This document shows positions 24,870-36,575 of a stretch of 64,000 nucleotides of DNA, piece after piece. How positions within the stretch are numbered: the stretch's first letter is position 1; each line of letters starts with the position of its first letter. This DNA is from Hydrolagus colliei (lineage: Eukaryota), in the NCBI GenBank assembly GCA_035084275.1, contig CM068756.1, positions 14,880,001-14,944,000 on the forward strand, read 5' to 3'. The notes beneath the pieces were generated by a model. That model ran no database searches, had not been told where the DNA came from, and was given only the letters and a program-made list of their open reading frames with translations. Made by a program: the position numbers and the translations under genes.

Positions 24870-25430
24870 ATTAAATTCCGCAATCCTATCAACCCCACTC
24901 TCACCCGATTCCACTGGCTTCCCATCACCCAGAGGAATCTATTCAAGGATTATAAAGCACTACATGGCCTTGCCTCATCTTATCTCTGCTTCCTTTTAAT
25001 CCCCTGCCATCACCCAGAGGCGTCAATTCAACATCCTAGTGCTCAAATTCAAAGTCCTCCATGGTCTCGCCCCACCCTTCATCTGCAACCTCCTAACCCC
25101 CTGCCAACCTCCCCACTCCTCTGCTCAGCAGGCTCTGGCCTGCTCCATAACTCCATAAATCCCAACCCACTTGCCCCAGCATTGGCGGTCGAACCTTCAG
25201 CCACTCTGTCCTAATCTCTGGAATACCATCCAGCTCTCCCTCCACCTCATCTTCTCCCTAGCCTCCTTCAAGTCCTCCATCAAGACCCTGCACTTCGAGA
25301 GTGCCATCAGTCAACCCAAATCCGCCCCTTTCCCTCCAACCTCCACTTCACAGACCCCAGCTCGGATCTGAACCAATTTGACTGTCCAGCACCTTGGGAT
25401 GACATGAAAGGCTCTTTTCAAGTGCAATTT
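24870..25430 (+). mobile_element. L2 3' fragments
   Basis: cactggcttcccatc, ttcaagtcctccatcaagacc, family tail. Confidence 0.7.
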
Positions 25431-26084
25431 TGCTGTGGTTATCCATTATTTATTTTATAAATATATAAGGGTTCGAATTTCATGTGTAGTGAGCCAGGAC
25501 AAAGAAGAAGATGTGCAGAAAGGTAACCTCTATGTTGTTACATAAACAATGCAATATGGTGCACAATGTCTGTAGTCATTTAACAACTCTTTGAGAAGCA
25601 AATAATAGAAAAGCCGCTAATGTATAGAAAATGTTGAAATCAATTGTGCTCTGTGTTTCATCTGAGTGAATGAATCACTGACACTGGAATTATTTACCTG
25701 TATTGACATTTTCAGATAGCAGAATGAATAGAAATTTAGCATTTAGTTGTTTCATGTTTGGTTTGTTTTTTTAGTGGTTCAATAGCATTTGAACAGTTCA
25801 ACGCCCATGCCATGCCTTTTTCACTGTGTTGTATGAATTTCACCATACTTCATTGATTCTCTTTTAAGATAGCCCATATCAACAGTTTTTTTTAAAGAAT
25901 GGTGAAAACACAGAGTGATTAGGCAAGATATATTCGTGCAATCTATGTTTATTTTTTATTGAAAGGCTGTTTGAATATGTTGCACAAAACAGAACTTCCT
26001 AACTTTTATATTCATGTTTTGGTATAATAGCAGTTAAAGCGCAATTCAAATCTCCGAATGAGGCATCCAAATAATTACAATACC

Positions 26085-26800
26085 AACAACAGCAAAATTA
26101 CATTTGTAGAAAACCTTTCATATCAGAAGGATGTCCCAAGATAATCAACAGTCAGGGTTCGGGACCTGAACGGGAGGGCGGGAGTGGGCAGACAAGAGGG
26201 TAACTGAACACATGATCACACTGGTGGGAGTGATGTGGTCGTGGAGCAGGGTGCGGGTAAGGACACAAGGAGGGTTTTGGGACCATTCTTGATGGAGACA
26301 AGGGAGGGAGCAAGGCAAAGGGATTTGGAGATGGAGTTCCAAAGTGTAGGGCCAGAGGCTGAAGGCCCAGCCACCAATGGTAGGGCAGGTCATGTGAGCA
26401 AAACAAGGAGCAAGCTGGAGCCTACTGAATGGAGGGAGCGGACAGGTTGATAGCAGGTCAGAGAGGTAGGAAGGGCCAAGCTCTTGGTGCACCTTCAAAA
26501 TGAGGACAAGGATTTTGAATATGATCGTCTGAGGAATGGGGAGACAATAGACCTGGGTGAGGGTGGGGATGGTGGCGATGCAGAGCCTGTGAAGGAGAGG
26601 ACATGAGCTGTAGAGTTTTGGATGATCTGCCACTTGTGGAGGGAAAATTTGGGGAGGCCAACAAGGAAGGAGTTGCAGTAGTCAAGCCTAGAGGTGATAA
26701 AGGCATGTGTAAGGGTTTCAGCAGCCAGAGGGTGAGGCAGTGACGGAGACAGGCGATTGTTGCTGAGGTGATGGAAAGCAATGCTCATCATGGAATGAAT
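26085..26800 (-). mobile_element. L2 3' fragment, degraded
   Basis: AETLTHAFITSRLDYCNS in ORF 26495-26791. Confidence 0.8.
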
Positions 26801-27029
26801 ATGGAGAAAAGACAGCTCAGGGACAAATAAGGCAATGTAATTAGTTACATTTAAAAAATGTTATCAGATTAGCACAAAAAAAGTTTTCACAATTCAGTGT
26901 GGTTAAATAGGTGTGGTGAGCAATATTTTCCAAGAATTTGTTTAAAGCATATCATGTAAATATTCAATAAATGCAGTTATGTTTCAAACACATGCAAGGA
27001 CCATTGCAACAACAATAAAAAAAATTATA

Positions 27030-27465
27030 GAGCACTTTTCATGTTGGGAAGACGTCCCAAGGAGCTGAACAATCAGGATGTGACCCAAGCAAGGGAGAGA
27101 GGCAGGGCTGGGGGTGGAGAGGTGGGAGAGAGATAAGAGAGGTGGGAGAAAGTTAGGAGTGAGGCAGAAGGCACGGTAAACAAAAGACGGTCTTGGGGCC
27201 GGCATTGAAGGAAGAGAGGAAGAGAGCAAGACAAAGCGACTGTGGGATGGAGTTCCAGAGTGTGGGAGCAGAGAGGCTGAAAACCCATCCACCAATGGTC
27301 GGGCAGGGGACATGGAGCAGTCCAGAGCCTGCTGAATGTAGGGGGCGGGGAGCTTCATATGGGGACAGCAATTCGGAGAGGTGGTGGGGGTGGGGGGATG
27401 CAAGGCCATGAATGGCTTTGAAGGTGAGAATGAGGATATTGAATTTGATCCTCTGGGGGATCAAT
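27030..27465 (-). mobile_element. L2 3' fragment
   Basis: IPQRIKFNILILTFKAIHGL...APTLWNSIP in ORF 27153-27464. Confidence 0.8.
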
Positions 27466-27469
27466 GAAT

Positions 27470-27990
27470 CAATGAAAACTTACATTTATATAACGCATTT
27501 CACGTTGAGAGGATGTCCCAAGGCACTGTATGGTCAGATAGGGACAAGAGCAGGGAGGGAAGGGTCAGGGCAGGATGAAGTAGAGTAGAAGGGTGTATAT
27601 TTGTGGGTGAAACGCAGCAGCCAAATTGCGTATAGCAGTGTCCCACAAACACCATGGAAGTGGAGTTAAGGGAAAAAGGGGGGAAAGAGGGTGAAGCGAG
27701 GGCTCGGGGTAGGAGGAAGGAGAACAGGAAAACTGACCATATTTGTGGGTGAAATGTGGCAACCAAATTGCACACAAAATTGTCCCACAACCAATCGTGG
27801 AAGTGGGGCCAGGGAGGAAAGGCAGAGAAGAGGGTAAGGGGGGAGAGAGAGGGAAATGTAGGTGGGGTTAAAATCAGGGTGAAGTGAGGAGAAAGTGGGA
27901 TAAGGGGGAAGAGGGAGAACGTGGAGAGAGAAGAAAAAGGGGGGAAGATTAGGCGGCAAAAGGGGGAATTAATCAACAACAATAACAACA
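27470..27990 (-). mobile_element. Composite SINE-like element: pyrimidine-rich body, core, L2 tail (relatives at ~38440-38720 + and 49430-49700 -)
   Basis: Repeated core atatttgtggg...gcagccaaattgc flanked by purine-rich tracts and an L2-type tail. Confidence 0.55.
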
Positions 27991-28294
27991 AAATCAATAA
28001 CAATAACAATCAATAATCGTCCCTCAACCGCTCCTTGTCCTTGCCGTCCACCTGGACGATCTTTAAAATGGTGGCAACTGGGCCCAGTATGGTGATGGGA
28101 CCCAAAACCAACCAGCTCTTCAGCTGGGGAGCCAATGGAGCCGGGTGAGGGTGGGAGTGATTTGGTCACAGTGGTTGGTGCAGGTGAGGACACAAGAATT
28201 ACTTGTTGCAGCCCAAAACTAACATGGCACATCATTCAGCAAATTGAAAAACTACATTTAATATACACCAATATCAGTTTCAGTGCCGGTTGCA

Positions 28295-28461
28295 TTACTT
28301 GGATTTTGGTTCCCTGGAGATAGCTCCTGCTCCATGGTTTCTCACATGGACCTCTGCGTACTCTGTATTCTTAGCAGTACTTTTAGGTTTCCTGTTTTTT
28401 TGGAGGGATGTAAATCCAGAACACTATATGTCAGATTGTTCCCAGCTGCTCTTTGATTAGT
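28295..28461 (-). pseudogene. R3 terminal cytoplasmic exon (LTYSVL and TEYAEV) with a 1-nt frameshift
   Basis: atcttttcag|ACT: TNQRAAGNNLTYSVLDLHPSKKTG, frameshift, KPKSTAKNTEYAEVHVRNHGAGAISREPKSK*; homolog of 51240 and 63953. Confidence 0.8.
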
Positions 28462-29217
28462 CTGAAAAGATAAAGTTTGACAAGTTAATTTCATCAATTT
28501 GTGTTTATTTAGTTTTCAAAAATCTACTCTAATATTTGCCAATTATTATTTACAGCATGGTTTACCCCATAGTTCCTTTGATAAAGGCACTGCTCCTCAC
28601 TGAACTAATCAGAATCTAGCCAGTATAATCCTGTATACACGCTGGCTGGCCACCACGCACATGCACATTTGTGACACAGTGGCACAGTCCTGACTAAATC
28701 CAATGTTTCCTCGGCTGGCTGGCCCCACCCGCAATGCACCCTTGGGAAAGTCCAATGACTCTTCGGCCTCCTAGCATTCTGATGGCATTGCTTGGTAAAC
28801 AGAAGAGAGAGAGAGTCTCACTTCCAGGACCAAAGGTAAAATAATTTAGCCAAGCTGTGGTTTTATTGCTTTGTTGCTTTATTTTTTATCGCTTTATTGC
28901 TGTTTATTTATTGCTCTCTCTGTCTCTTCTGGAAGAGTCATCAGACTTTCCCAATAGGGCATTGCACACGGTGGGGCGGTGGGGGGGGAGTGGGGAGCGA
29001 GAAACGGGCCAACCAATTGTAGCCCGCCTCAGTACATACCTACATACCTTGCATTGGTCGGGTGTGGATGCGCCTGGAGGCTTGAGGTGGGTAAACTGTG
29101 GCTTGATTCCCCTATCCCCACTTTTCCCATTACTTGTTAACCTTAACCAATGTGATTTTACTGATTGTGCAGTTTTCCAGGAACGTAATCCCCGCAATCG
29201 ATGAGGGTTAATTGTAC

Positions 29218-29328
29218 CTCAGCATACACAACGTTCTCATCTTGTTTTGGGGGTTTTGGAGTTTTTTTGCAACGATTCAAATCTATTTTGGCGTAAGTCA
29301 CCATCTCATTCCCTGCTCCCTGCAGTGT
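29218..29328 (-). pseudogene. R3 cytoplasmic two-Tyr module
   Basis: ttttacag|TLQGAGNEMVTYAKIDLNRCKKTPKPPKQDENVVYAE|GTACAA, 111 nt, phase 0-0. Confidence 0.85.
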
Positions 29329-29778
29329 CTGTAAAACAGAAAATATAGAGTGTTGTCATCACTGATCTGGAGATCCCTGAATAAGTCTTCACCAAATGGC
29401 CTCAAGAATAAATATTTGCACCTAAGTTTAACATATTCAACAAATTCAACATTCATATTCTTTTAGCAGGGAGAATCATCCAGTTTAGCAGCTGTTCAGT
29501 GATCTACAGAAATCTGGGGTGCGCATTTCCATATATTGGTGATGTCCCAGTGCCTCATAGATGGACACGTAGAATAAATAATCTTAAACAAAAAAAAGTA
29601 TGTAAGTATGCAGTGGCAGATTGCCAGCATCATATGGTATAACAGCCCAGGACACTGCAAGAGAGTGAAGAATAGAGGACAAAGAAAGATTAACCACAAA
29701 ATGTACAAACTAGTTTAATGTAAACATTGAAGTGAGGTCCTCTATATATAATGTAGCAGATAGCATTCTGATATATAC

Positions 29779-29889
29779 CTGGGCATACACAACATTCTCG
29801 TCTTATTTTTTCGGTCTTGGAGTTTTTTTGCAACGATTGAAATCCATTTTGGCGTAAGTCACCGACTCAGTCCCTGCTCCCTGCAGCGT
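29779..29889 (-). pseudogene. R3 cytoplasmic two-Tyr module with in-frame TAA
   Basis: TLQGAGTESVTYAKMDFNRCKKTPRPKK*DENVVYAQ|GTATAT; CAA to TAA relative to the 29218 copy. Confidence 0.85.
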
Positions 29890-30361
29890 CTGTAACAGAA
29901 TGTGATTCAGTGTTGCCATCACTGGTCTGGAGATTCCTGGATAAATATTGATGAAGATTCCCTCCAACATCAATATTTTCACCTAAGCTTAAAATATTCA
30001 ACATTTAGCTTCCGGATATTTTAGTAGTAAGAATCATCCAGTGAAGCAGATGTTCGATGATCTACAGAAATATGGGCTGTGCATTTCCATATATGAGTGA
30101 TGTCTCAGTGCCTCATAGATTGACAGACACAATAACCAGTCTGATACAAAAAAAACGAGTTGACCATACAGTGGCAGATTGTCAGCAGCATACAATAGAA
30201 TAGGATGGGGACAGAGAGTGAAGATTAGAGGACGAAGAAAGATTAACCACAAAAATATACAAACCATCTTACAGTAAATACTGAATTCAGTTCTACTCTT
30301 TACTGAAGCCAAGATAATTAAATTCGATGAATTGTTTTGATTTTGTGTTTCTCAGATATAC

Positions 30362-30472
30362 CTGGGCATACACAGTCCTTTCTTCTTGCCTTTTAGGTTT
30401 TGAACTTTTCTTGGAACTGGTCAAATTTAACGTGACATAAGCCACCAGTTCATTCTCTGCTCTGTGCTTTGC
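30362..30472 (-). pseudogene. R3 cytoplasmic two-Tyr module (ITIM VAYVTL)
   Basis: tttcctag|AKHRAENELVAYVTLNLTSSKKSSKPKRQEERTVYAQ|GTATAT, 111 nt. Confidence 0.85.
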
Positions 30473-30889
30473 CTAGGAAACAGAATGTAATCATAACAAT
30501 AAAAATACATTACATTTCTTTAGCATCTTTCAGGTCTGCATGATGTCCGAAGTCACTGATAGATTATTGTCTCTGCCATCTAAATTGTTGCATAAGTACT
30601 AATCAGTAAGCCCTTGAGAATAAATAATTGCACCAATGTTTATCATTTTTAATATATAGTTTGCAAATATTTTACAAGCAGAGTTACAGTATTATTAAAT
30701 ACTCTATCACCAAATGCCATGAAACTGGGTACCTAATTTTCATTAATACATCGAGTCAACGTGGATGCGCATATGGAATGTATTTAACGTGGTTTTATTT
30801 CTTAATTGTGAACAATATCTTTCCAGAATTCAATATCTGAATTCTATTTTCAGTTGAATTATCTGCTGGAATGAATTTTTTAAATGTAC

Positions 30890-30933
30890 CTGTTCTTCGC
30901 AGTGACCCAACATGTTCTGGTTTCTGCACGAGC
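30890..30933 (-). pseudogene. R3 44-nt phase-1 to phase-0 linker exon
   Basis: ccttctaag|GSCRNQNMLGHCEEQ|GTACAT; same length and alignable to R5 48518-48561. Confidence 0.75.
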
Positions 30934-31689
30934 CTTAGAAGGAAATTTTAAAAATTAAATATTCACTCAATTTTACATAAATATTTTCAACTATAATTTG
31001 GTTAAACTGAATAAAAAGTGACTCAAAGACCACAAACTGCCTGAGCCTGGTTTTTAAAATGTAGCTGTCCTCTATCTCAAAACTGATAGTTTGAATCTAC
31101 ATGCAAAATTTCAACATTTTAACACAACTACCTCTATCTTGCCAAACTTCTCTTATTCCTTCTCGTACTGATGCCCACTGTTCTCTGGAACACCATCTCT
31201 GAGTGTGTCAGATTACCTCTTTCTCAAGCATGCTTCAAATTGTTGATGATTTGATGAACTGAGATAATTTGTGGTATTGAATATAAAACCAAAGGGGGTG
31301 GTAATGTTAAGATGAAAAATCGTTAAATAGAATAGACAGGAATACCCTATTGAGTGTGATCATTGAGGCAAAATGTACATTCACTTTCACAATAGTACTC
31401 GAAGAAATAACCTAAAACTTTTCAAATGTAAAGGTATTAGGGCCAAACTGGTAAATTGGGACTGAAAACTTTGCTCAAAAAAGCAGTACAGATATAATGA
31501 GTTTCTTGTGTGCTGTAAATTTGTGTGGTTCTATCGAGCGTTTTGTATTTAGATTCAAAGGTGTTTCCTGTCCCCACACCCAATTACACCAAAAGATTAA
31601 TTAGCATTCCATTCATGAATTCCCATTCATTTTGGGTTTTCCACAAGGTATGAATAGCACTTTACATGTTTCTCTAATTCCCTTACTCT

Positions 31690-32035
31690 TTGTTTCCCTT
31701 TAAAACAATATCCATGGTTATAGCATCTTTCTCATCTTCTAATTGCTTCACAGAGTATATTGCAAAGTGAATTGCCTGTATATTTGTGGGTGAAAAGAGG
31801 TAGCCAATTGTGCACAGCAATGTCCCACAAACCAACTTTTTATTTGTTTTTGTTTGAAGGATTATTATCCCAGAAAAATGATCCGTCATTCAACTGATAA
31901 CCAGGTTTCTATCTACCGCTGGGTGAACAGACACGGGTGGAGTAAGGAAAATTCCTCTACGCTTTGCCCTGCTGGGTACAGAACTCGGGTCTCTCATTTT
32001 CTAAGCGAGCGCTCTAACAACTGCGCAACAGGCAA
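31690..32035 (-). mobile_element. tRNA-derived SINE
   Basis: ggagtaaggaaa, agccaattgtgcacagc core. Confidence 0.75.
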
Positions 32036-32564
32036 CAGGACTGCACAGATTCAGCACTAATGGTGACCACTAGTGTGAACCTGATCTCAGGTTAGCGAGG
32101 AGACAATTGATGACAAGAGATTGGTACCAGCTGGCATTGCTGTCTCCCGCCCGCCTCACTTTCTCTCAATCCATGCCTGGCTATCACAAATAGAATGTGA
32201 TCATCTTTATCACAGGTGAATGGGATGTGAATTATTTCAAGAGCGAACACTATGGGCTGAATGACCTTCTATGCTGTAAATTTCTGCAGTTCAATCACAA
32301 CAGATTTCCGACACTCCTGGCATGGAAATTTCTGATTCAACATGCAGCTAGATACATACAGGATGAGTTTTGTGAGGGCATTTGCATTTTTGAATTAATC
32401 ACAAAATATAAATCATTTGTAAAACTTGAACGAATAATAATAATCATTTGATATAGCGCCACATGTCAATTTCTCTCCCATTGTCACCTCTCATCCATGA
32501 AATGAATTATTCTATTAAATCAAACATTTACAAATAACTTAAATAAAATAGGAACATATCTTAC

Positions 32565-32666
32565 CTTTCCCTTTTTTAAATTGGCATTGTTTCCCAATAA
32601 TGATCAAAAGTAGCAGGAATATCAACCCTCCAACTGCACATCCAGCGATCAGTTGAGGGCCAATCA
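32565..32666 (-). pseudogene. R3 TM exon, uncharged (inhibitory type)
   Basis: gttcttgtag|VIGPQLIAGCAVGGLIFLLLLIIIGKQCQFKKGK G|GTAAGA, 102 nt, phase 1-1. Confidence 0.9.
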
Positions 32667-33459
32667 CTACAAGAACAGCATAAACTGAATGTGTTAGTAA
32701 ATCCAGCAATGAGGTACACTTGCATTATCATATGAGAAACTTTCAAGCTGATTTTTTGTTGAAAAAAATATTTTATAATTCTCCCGGCAGGTTTGTTCCA
32801 GTCAAACACACATTTGATCAAAAGCCATCCAGCCCAGCTCATCTGCGACTGATAGCAAGACTGAGGAACAAAGGCTAATCTGTGCCATATATTGCTACTA
32901 ACTGGAGAGTACCAAATGATGAAAATTTAACACCCAATTTGAAGGGAAGTATTTATCTTTTATAACAACAAAATAGGATATACATTAAAAGATGTACATT
33001 TCATGCCTCAGTTCTGATTGAGCAGAGGTCTCAGAATGTAATATTGTTAAGGACAATTTAATAGAGTAAGAGATGAAGGAGTAAATTCATAGAATGACAT
33101 AAAGTTACTGGAATCTTATGGCACAATTCGGCTATTTGAGTCTGCAAGCACTTTAAAAAGTGCAATTCAATCCCGCTACCCAGCTCTCTCCCCATAACCG
33201 CGAAAACCCATCCTCTCCAGATTAATGTCTACCTCTCTTGTAAAGTTCAATGTCATTGTATCAATATTTCAATGAAGTATTCTGCTTAATATAACTTTAA
33301 TTTTCTGTATCTATAAATGTGTATATATTTTGGGTTACAATTTAGGTAATACCAATTGTGTTTCGGAAATTACCAGCGGATAAACGAATTCAAATACAAT
33401 TTCCAATAACGAGATGTTTAAAAAACAACGAAAGACAAAAAGATAAGTAGGCATCATGC

Positions 33460-33663
33460 CATCTAAAATACTACAGATGTTGGAAACCTGAAAACAAAAA
33501 CAGAAATCGCTGGGAACACTCAGCGGGTCAGCCAGCATCTATAGAGAAAGGAAAAGCGATTCAACGTTTCAGATCTGAGTTCTGACAAAGGGTCCTGAAC
33601 GAGAAACGGTGACTCACATTTCCTTCCTGCAACAATGCGGCCTGACCTGCTGAGTGCTCCCAG
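33460..33663 (-). mobile_element. Palindromic element inserted at the R3 C1 splice donor
   Basis: 23-bp inverted arms at 33509-33531 and 33642-33664 with 2 mismatches; possible GATG duplication. Confidence 0.75.
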
Positions 33664-33984
33664 CATCCAATCCTGTGTTGGGTTCAGAAACGGTGCAACT
33701 GGCAACCTCTGGATTCGTAAGGCTGACATGAGATGCCAGACAGTTATAAACAACCCCACTCTCTAAAGGCTGAGTCTCTTCCATAGAGCTGGAAACGTTG
33801 TGAAGCCCATTTGAATTATTGTTTTTCCGGAAATTAATCCCAGTTTTAATTTCATTCCCATTTTTAAACCACGTGGGCGTTATATCCCCCGGGAAAAACG
33901 CAACAGTTTCACACACAAGAGTCAGAGAATTTGATGAATCTCTTTCAGGATTTCTGGTGAATATCTTCAGCGGAGTCGGGGGCA
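33664..33984 (-). pseudogene. R3 C1-set exon; donor destroyed, no upstream V or leader
   Basis: ctgtcctccag|TG; LVCETVAFFPGDITPTWFKNGNE...YNCLASH; 321 nt like R2. Confidence 0.9.
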
Positions 33985-35359
33985 CTGGAGGACAGAGAAA
34001 GGAGCAGAATCGTGTTACTTCTAATCAGTTGAAATATAAAACGTTATTCTAATTTGAATTGTATAATAATTATTTGCTTGGAACATTATAATCTGGTTTG
34101 TAATGCCACGAATGTGATTTTTCAGTTTTAAAAGTGTTGATGTCCTTTGTTGGGAACGATGTGTTCAGTTTAGGAGATAACGTCGCCTTGGGGGGACTAA
34201 AGGGGGTACATCATGTTAATATTGTGGCTCTCAGAAATGATGTGGAACCCTTCTTATCACATGAATATTGTGAAGGTGTGAAATCCAGTCGCACGAGTGG
34301 CCATAGATTCAGAATTAAGTGGAATATTTTAAAGGAAGACAGTACAGTTGTAAAGAATGTGGAGATCGGTGAAGAAATTTGAGTAAACGTTCTGCCACCA
34401 TTCCAGAGCGACAACAACCCACATTTATATATCGCCTTCGGGTAGGAAAGTAACGTTAGATGCAGATTTGAATAGAGATTTCGCCATCAATAGAGAAATA
34501 AGTAAAATATCCCAACATTCTCACCAACATTAATATCCCTCTACTGTATTTCTATAACATTTCAACTAATTTACAAGAGGTACAGCAGGTTTCTTCGAAA
34601 CCGTTTTCTGGCTGTTTGTGGGATATTGTTGTGGGTGGGTGAACTGTTCCGGTTTTGTAAAATGTTAACTTCTGCCTTGAATATTAATAATAATAATCCT
34701 TGCAGTTGATATATCATCGCTGATATACATTTACTTTAGAACCACTTAATGGCGTCACTTCTCACTGCCGATGATGTAAGTTGTTCACAGTTATCTCTCT
34801 GAAAGTTGCTCTCTGCAATTCATTTGAAGACTCGGTTCAAACCTGCACTGATACCGTTATGCAGTGAGACAACAATCATTTGAGTTCTGCAGCGCCCTTC
34901 ACAAGGATTGGGTAAAAGCGTGGCCACCGATGTAGGAAATGAGAGGACATGAAACACACCGGAGCCGGGAGCCAATGAGCGGTGGCTGCGGGTAGCGGGG
35001 GGTGAGCTGGGCGGGGAGGTGGGGACTGACATGCAGGGTTAGTACAACAACAACAAAGAACACCTTTCACGTCAGGAGGACGAGGATCTTGATGTCGATC
35101 CGTTGTGTCCTAAGTATCCAGTGGAGCCTGGCAAGGGTTGGTGGGAGGGTGAGAAGCTTTGGTCACCTCTACATGGGGGCTGCCCAAGAGCCAGTCAAGG
35201 GGGAGAAGAGAAAAGCAACGAGACCGATCCCAAGTGTTCGACGAACAATCTGTCAACAAAGAATGGATAACCTGGGCTCGTATTTTTGTGAAAAGACTAC
35301 GTGTTCAGCTCTCCTACAGTCTCAATAATACAGTAATCTTCACGCACAAAGAAAGTCTG

Positions 35360-35507
35360 GAAACATGTTATCAAATCAGAGGGGGAGCCCAGCTGCGCCC
35401 ACAGGGTCAGGAAGTCAAACATCACCCACACATCTCATCTCAATCAACTCCAACCCCTGGTCACAGACCAGCCACAGCTTTAGGGTTAGTCTCAGTCACA
35501 GATCAGG
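35360..35507 (+). promoter_or_regulatory. R4 proximal promoter/5'UTR
   Basis: TTATCA (GATA), CAGCTG E-box at 35390, CAGGAAGT ETS at 35408; shared with the other copies. Confidence 0.6.
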
Positions 35508-35565
35508 ATGTTGGCGAGTGTTGTGTTTCAGTGTCTGTCTCTCACAGTGTGGATCATTTCTAAAG
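35508..35565 (+). CDS. R4 exon 1: signal peptide
   Basis: MLASVVFQCLSLTVWIISK G|GTTGGT. Confidence 0.9.
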
Positions 35566-35664
35566 GTTGGTGACTATTCACTATCCCAGTGATCTCAAAC
35601 ACAAAGTGTGTGTCTCTGTCACAGTATTTTGTTTCAAAACAATGTTTGACTTTATTTCTGACAG

Positions 35665-35943
35665 TTGCTGACGGTACATTGATCACAGTAACACAACAAC
35701 CCGAACAGATCACTGTCAACAGAGGTGAAGATGTGACGTTAACCTGCACCATCTCTAGCACAGCGAACGTGAAAATGCACTGGTGGAAACAGGGAGAGAA
35801 AACATTTGATGTCGAATTTTCTGGAAGGGCCGTCTTCAAACTCCACGATGCAGGTCTCCAGGACTCTGGGATCTATTACTGTTCAGTGGCATTTAACGGA
35901 AGTAAAACAGTGAATGGAACTGGATGCCGTTTAACTGTATGTG
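35665..35943 (+). CDS. R4 exon 2: VJ-type V domain with a 9-aa in-frame deletion
   Basis: 279 nt; VTLTC, HWW, DSGIYYC, NGTGCRLTVC. Confidence 0.95.
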
Positions 35944-36336
35944 GTAAGTGACATGCCAAGGCAGAGATAGTAACTTTATATTTAGTGGAACCATAATTTA
36001 CATTTATGTGAGGCTTCTCGCTGTTGGGGAGGTTCTGAAAGGCTTTACAAAGGCTGAGGAGCAACCAGAGCTGACACTGAGCTGGGAGGGGAGAGTTGAG
36101 GAACGTCTTCAGGTGGGATTTCAGAGGAGAGAGGGGAGGGAGAGAAGGATGGATTTTGATAAAGAATTCTGGAAGTTTGGGGCTGTGTGGTTCAACTTTG
36201 CCCTGTACATGAACATTTCCAAAAGTTGGGGTGACACAAAATAATGGCCGCAATATTCAAATTAAGGTGCAACTAGAAATGTATATTAATTAACCATTAA
36301 TTCTATGGTTTTCTATTCTATTCTACTGTTTTCCGC

Positions 36337-36575
36337 GGAGTCTTGTAGAGCCGTGGTTAGAGCACTCACCTTACAAGCGTGAGACCGGTATTCGAATCCA
36401 GCCAGGTCAGGGCGAAACCTTCGGCAAGTTTCCTGACTCCACACGGCTAATATTGAACAACAACAAAGTCGTCCGCAAATATACAGTTAATTTACTTTAC
36501 AGCATATTCTGTGAGGCGCTTTGAGATATCTAGAAGTTATGAAAAGCGCTATATCATGGATTAACATTATTATTG
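36337..36575 (+). mobile_element. tRNA-derived SINE (duplicated at 44821-45100 plus 47006-47035)
   Basis: gtggttagagcactcaccttacaagcg...attcgaatcc; family tail. Confidence 0.85.

Noticed and set aside
29218-30472. Regularly spaced repeats superficially like an array (CRISPR-type)
   Set aside because: Eukaryotic DNA; the units are ~570-bp exon+intron duplications with no short repeat/spacer structure.
32128-32180. Possible 53-nt phase 1-to-0 exon in R3 (ARHGLRESEAGGRQQCQL)
   Set aside because: Weak splice sites and no homolog; the 44-nt exon at 30890-30933 matches R5 and fills this role.
35543-35647. RSS-like heptamers: CACAGTG in the leader and CACAGTA + 12 bp + ACAATGTTT in intron 1
   Set aside because: No credible nonamer, and the position is upstream of V rather than at a V/J boundary. 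The V-J is already fused, so this is not a rearranging locus.
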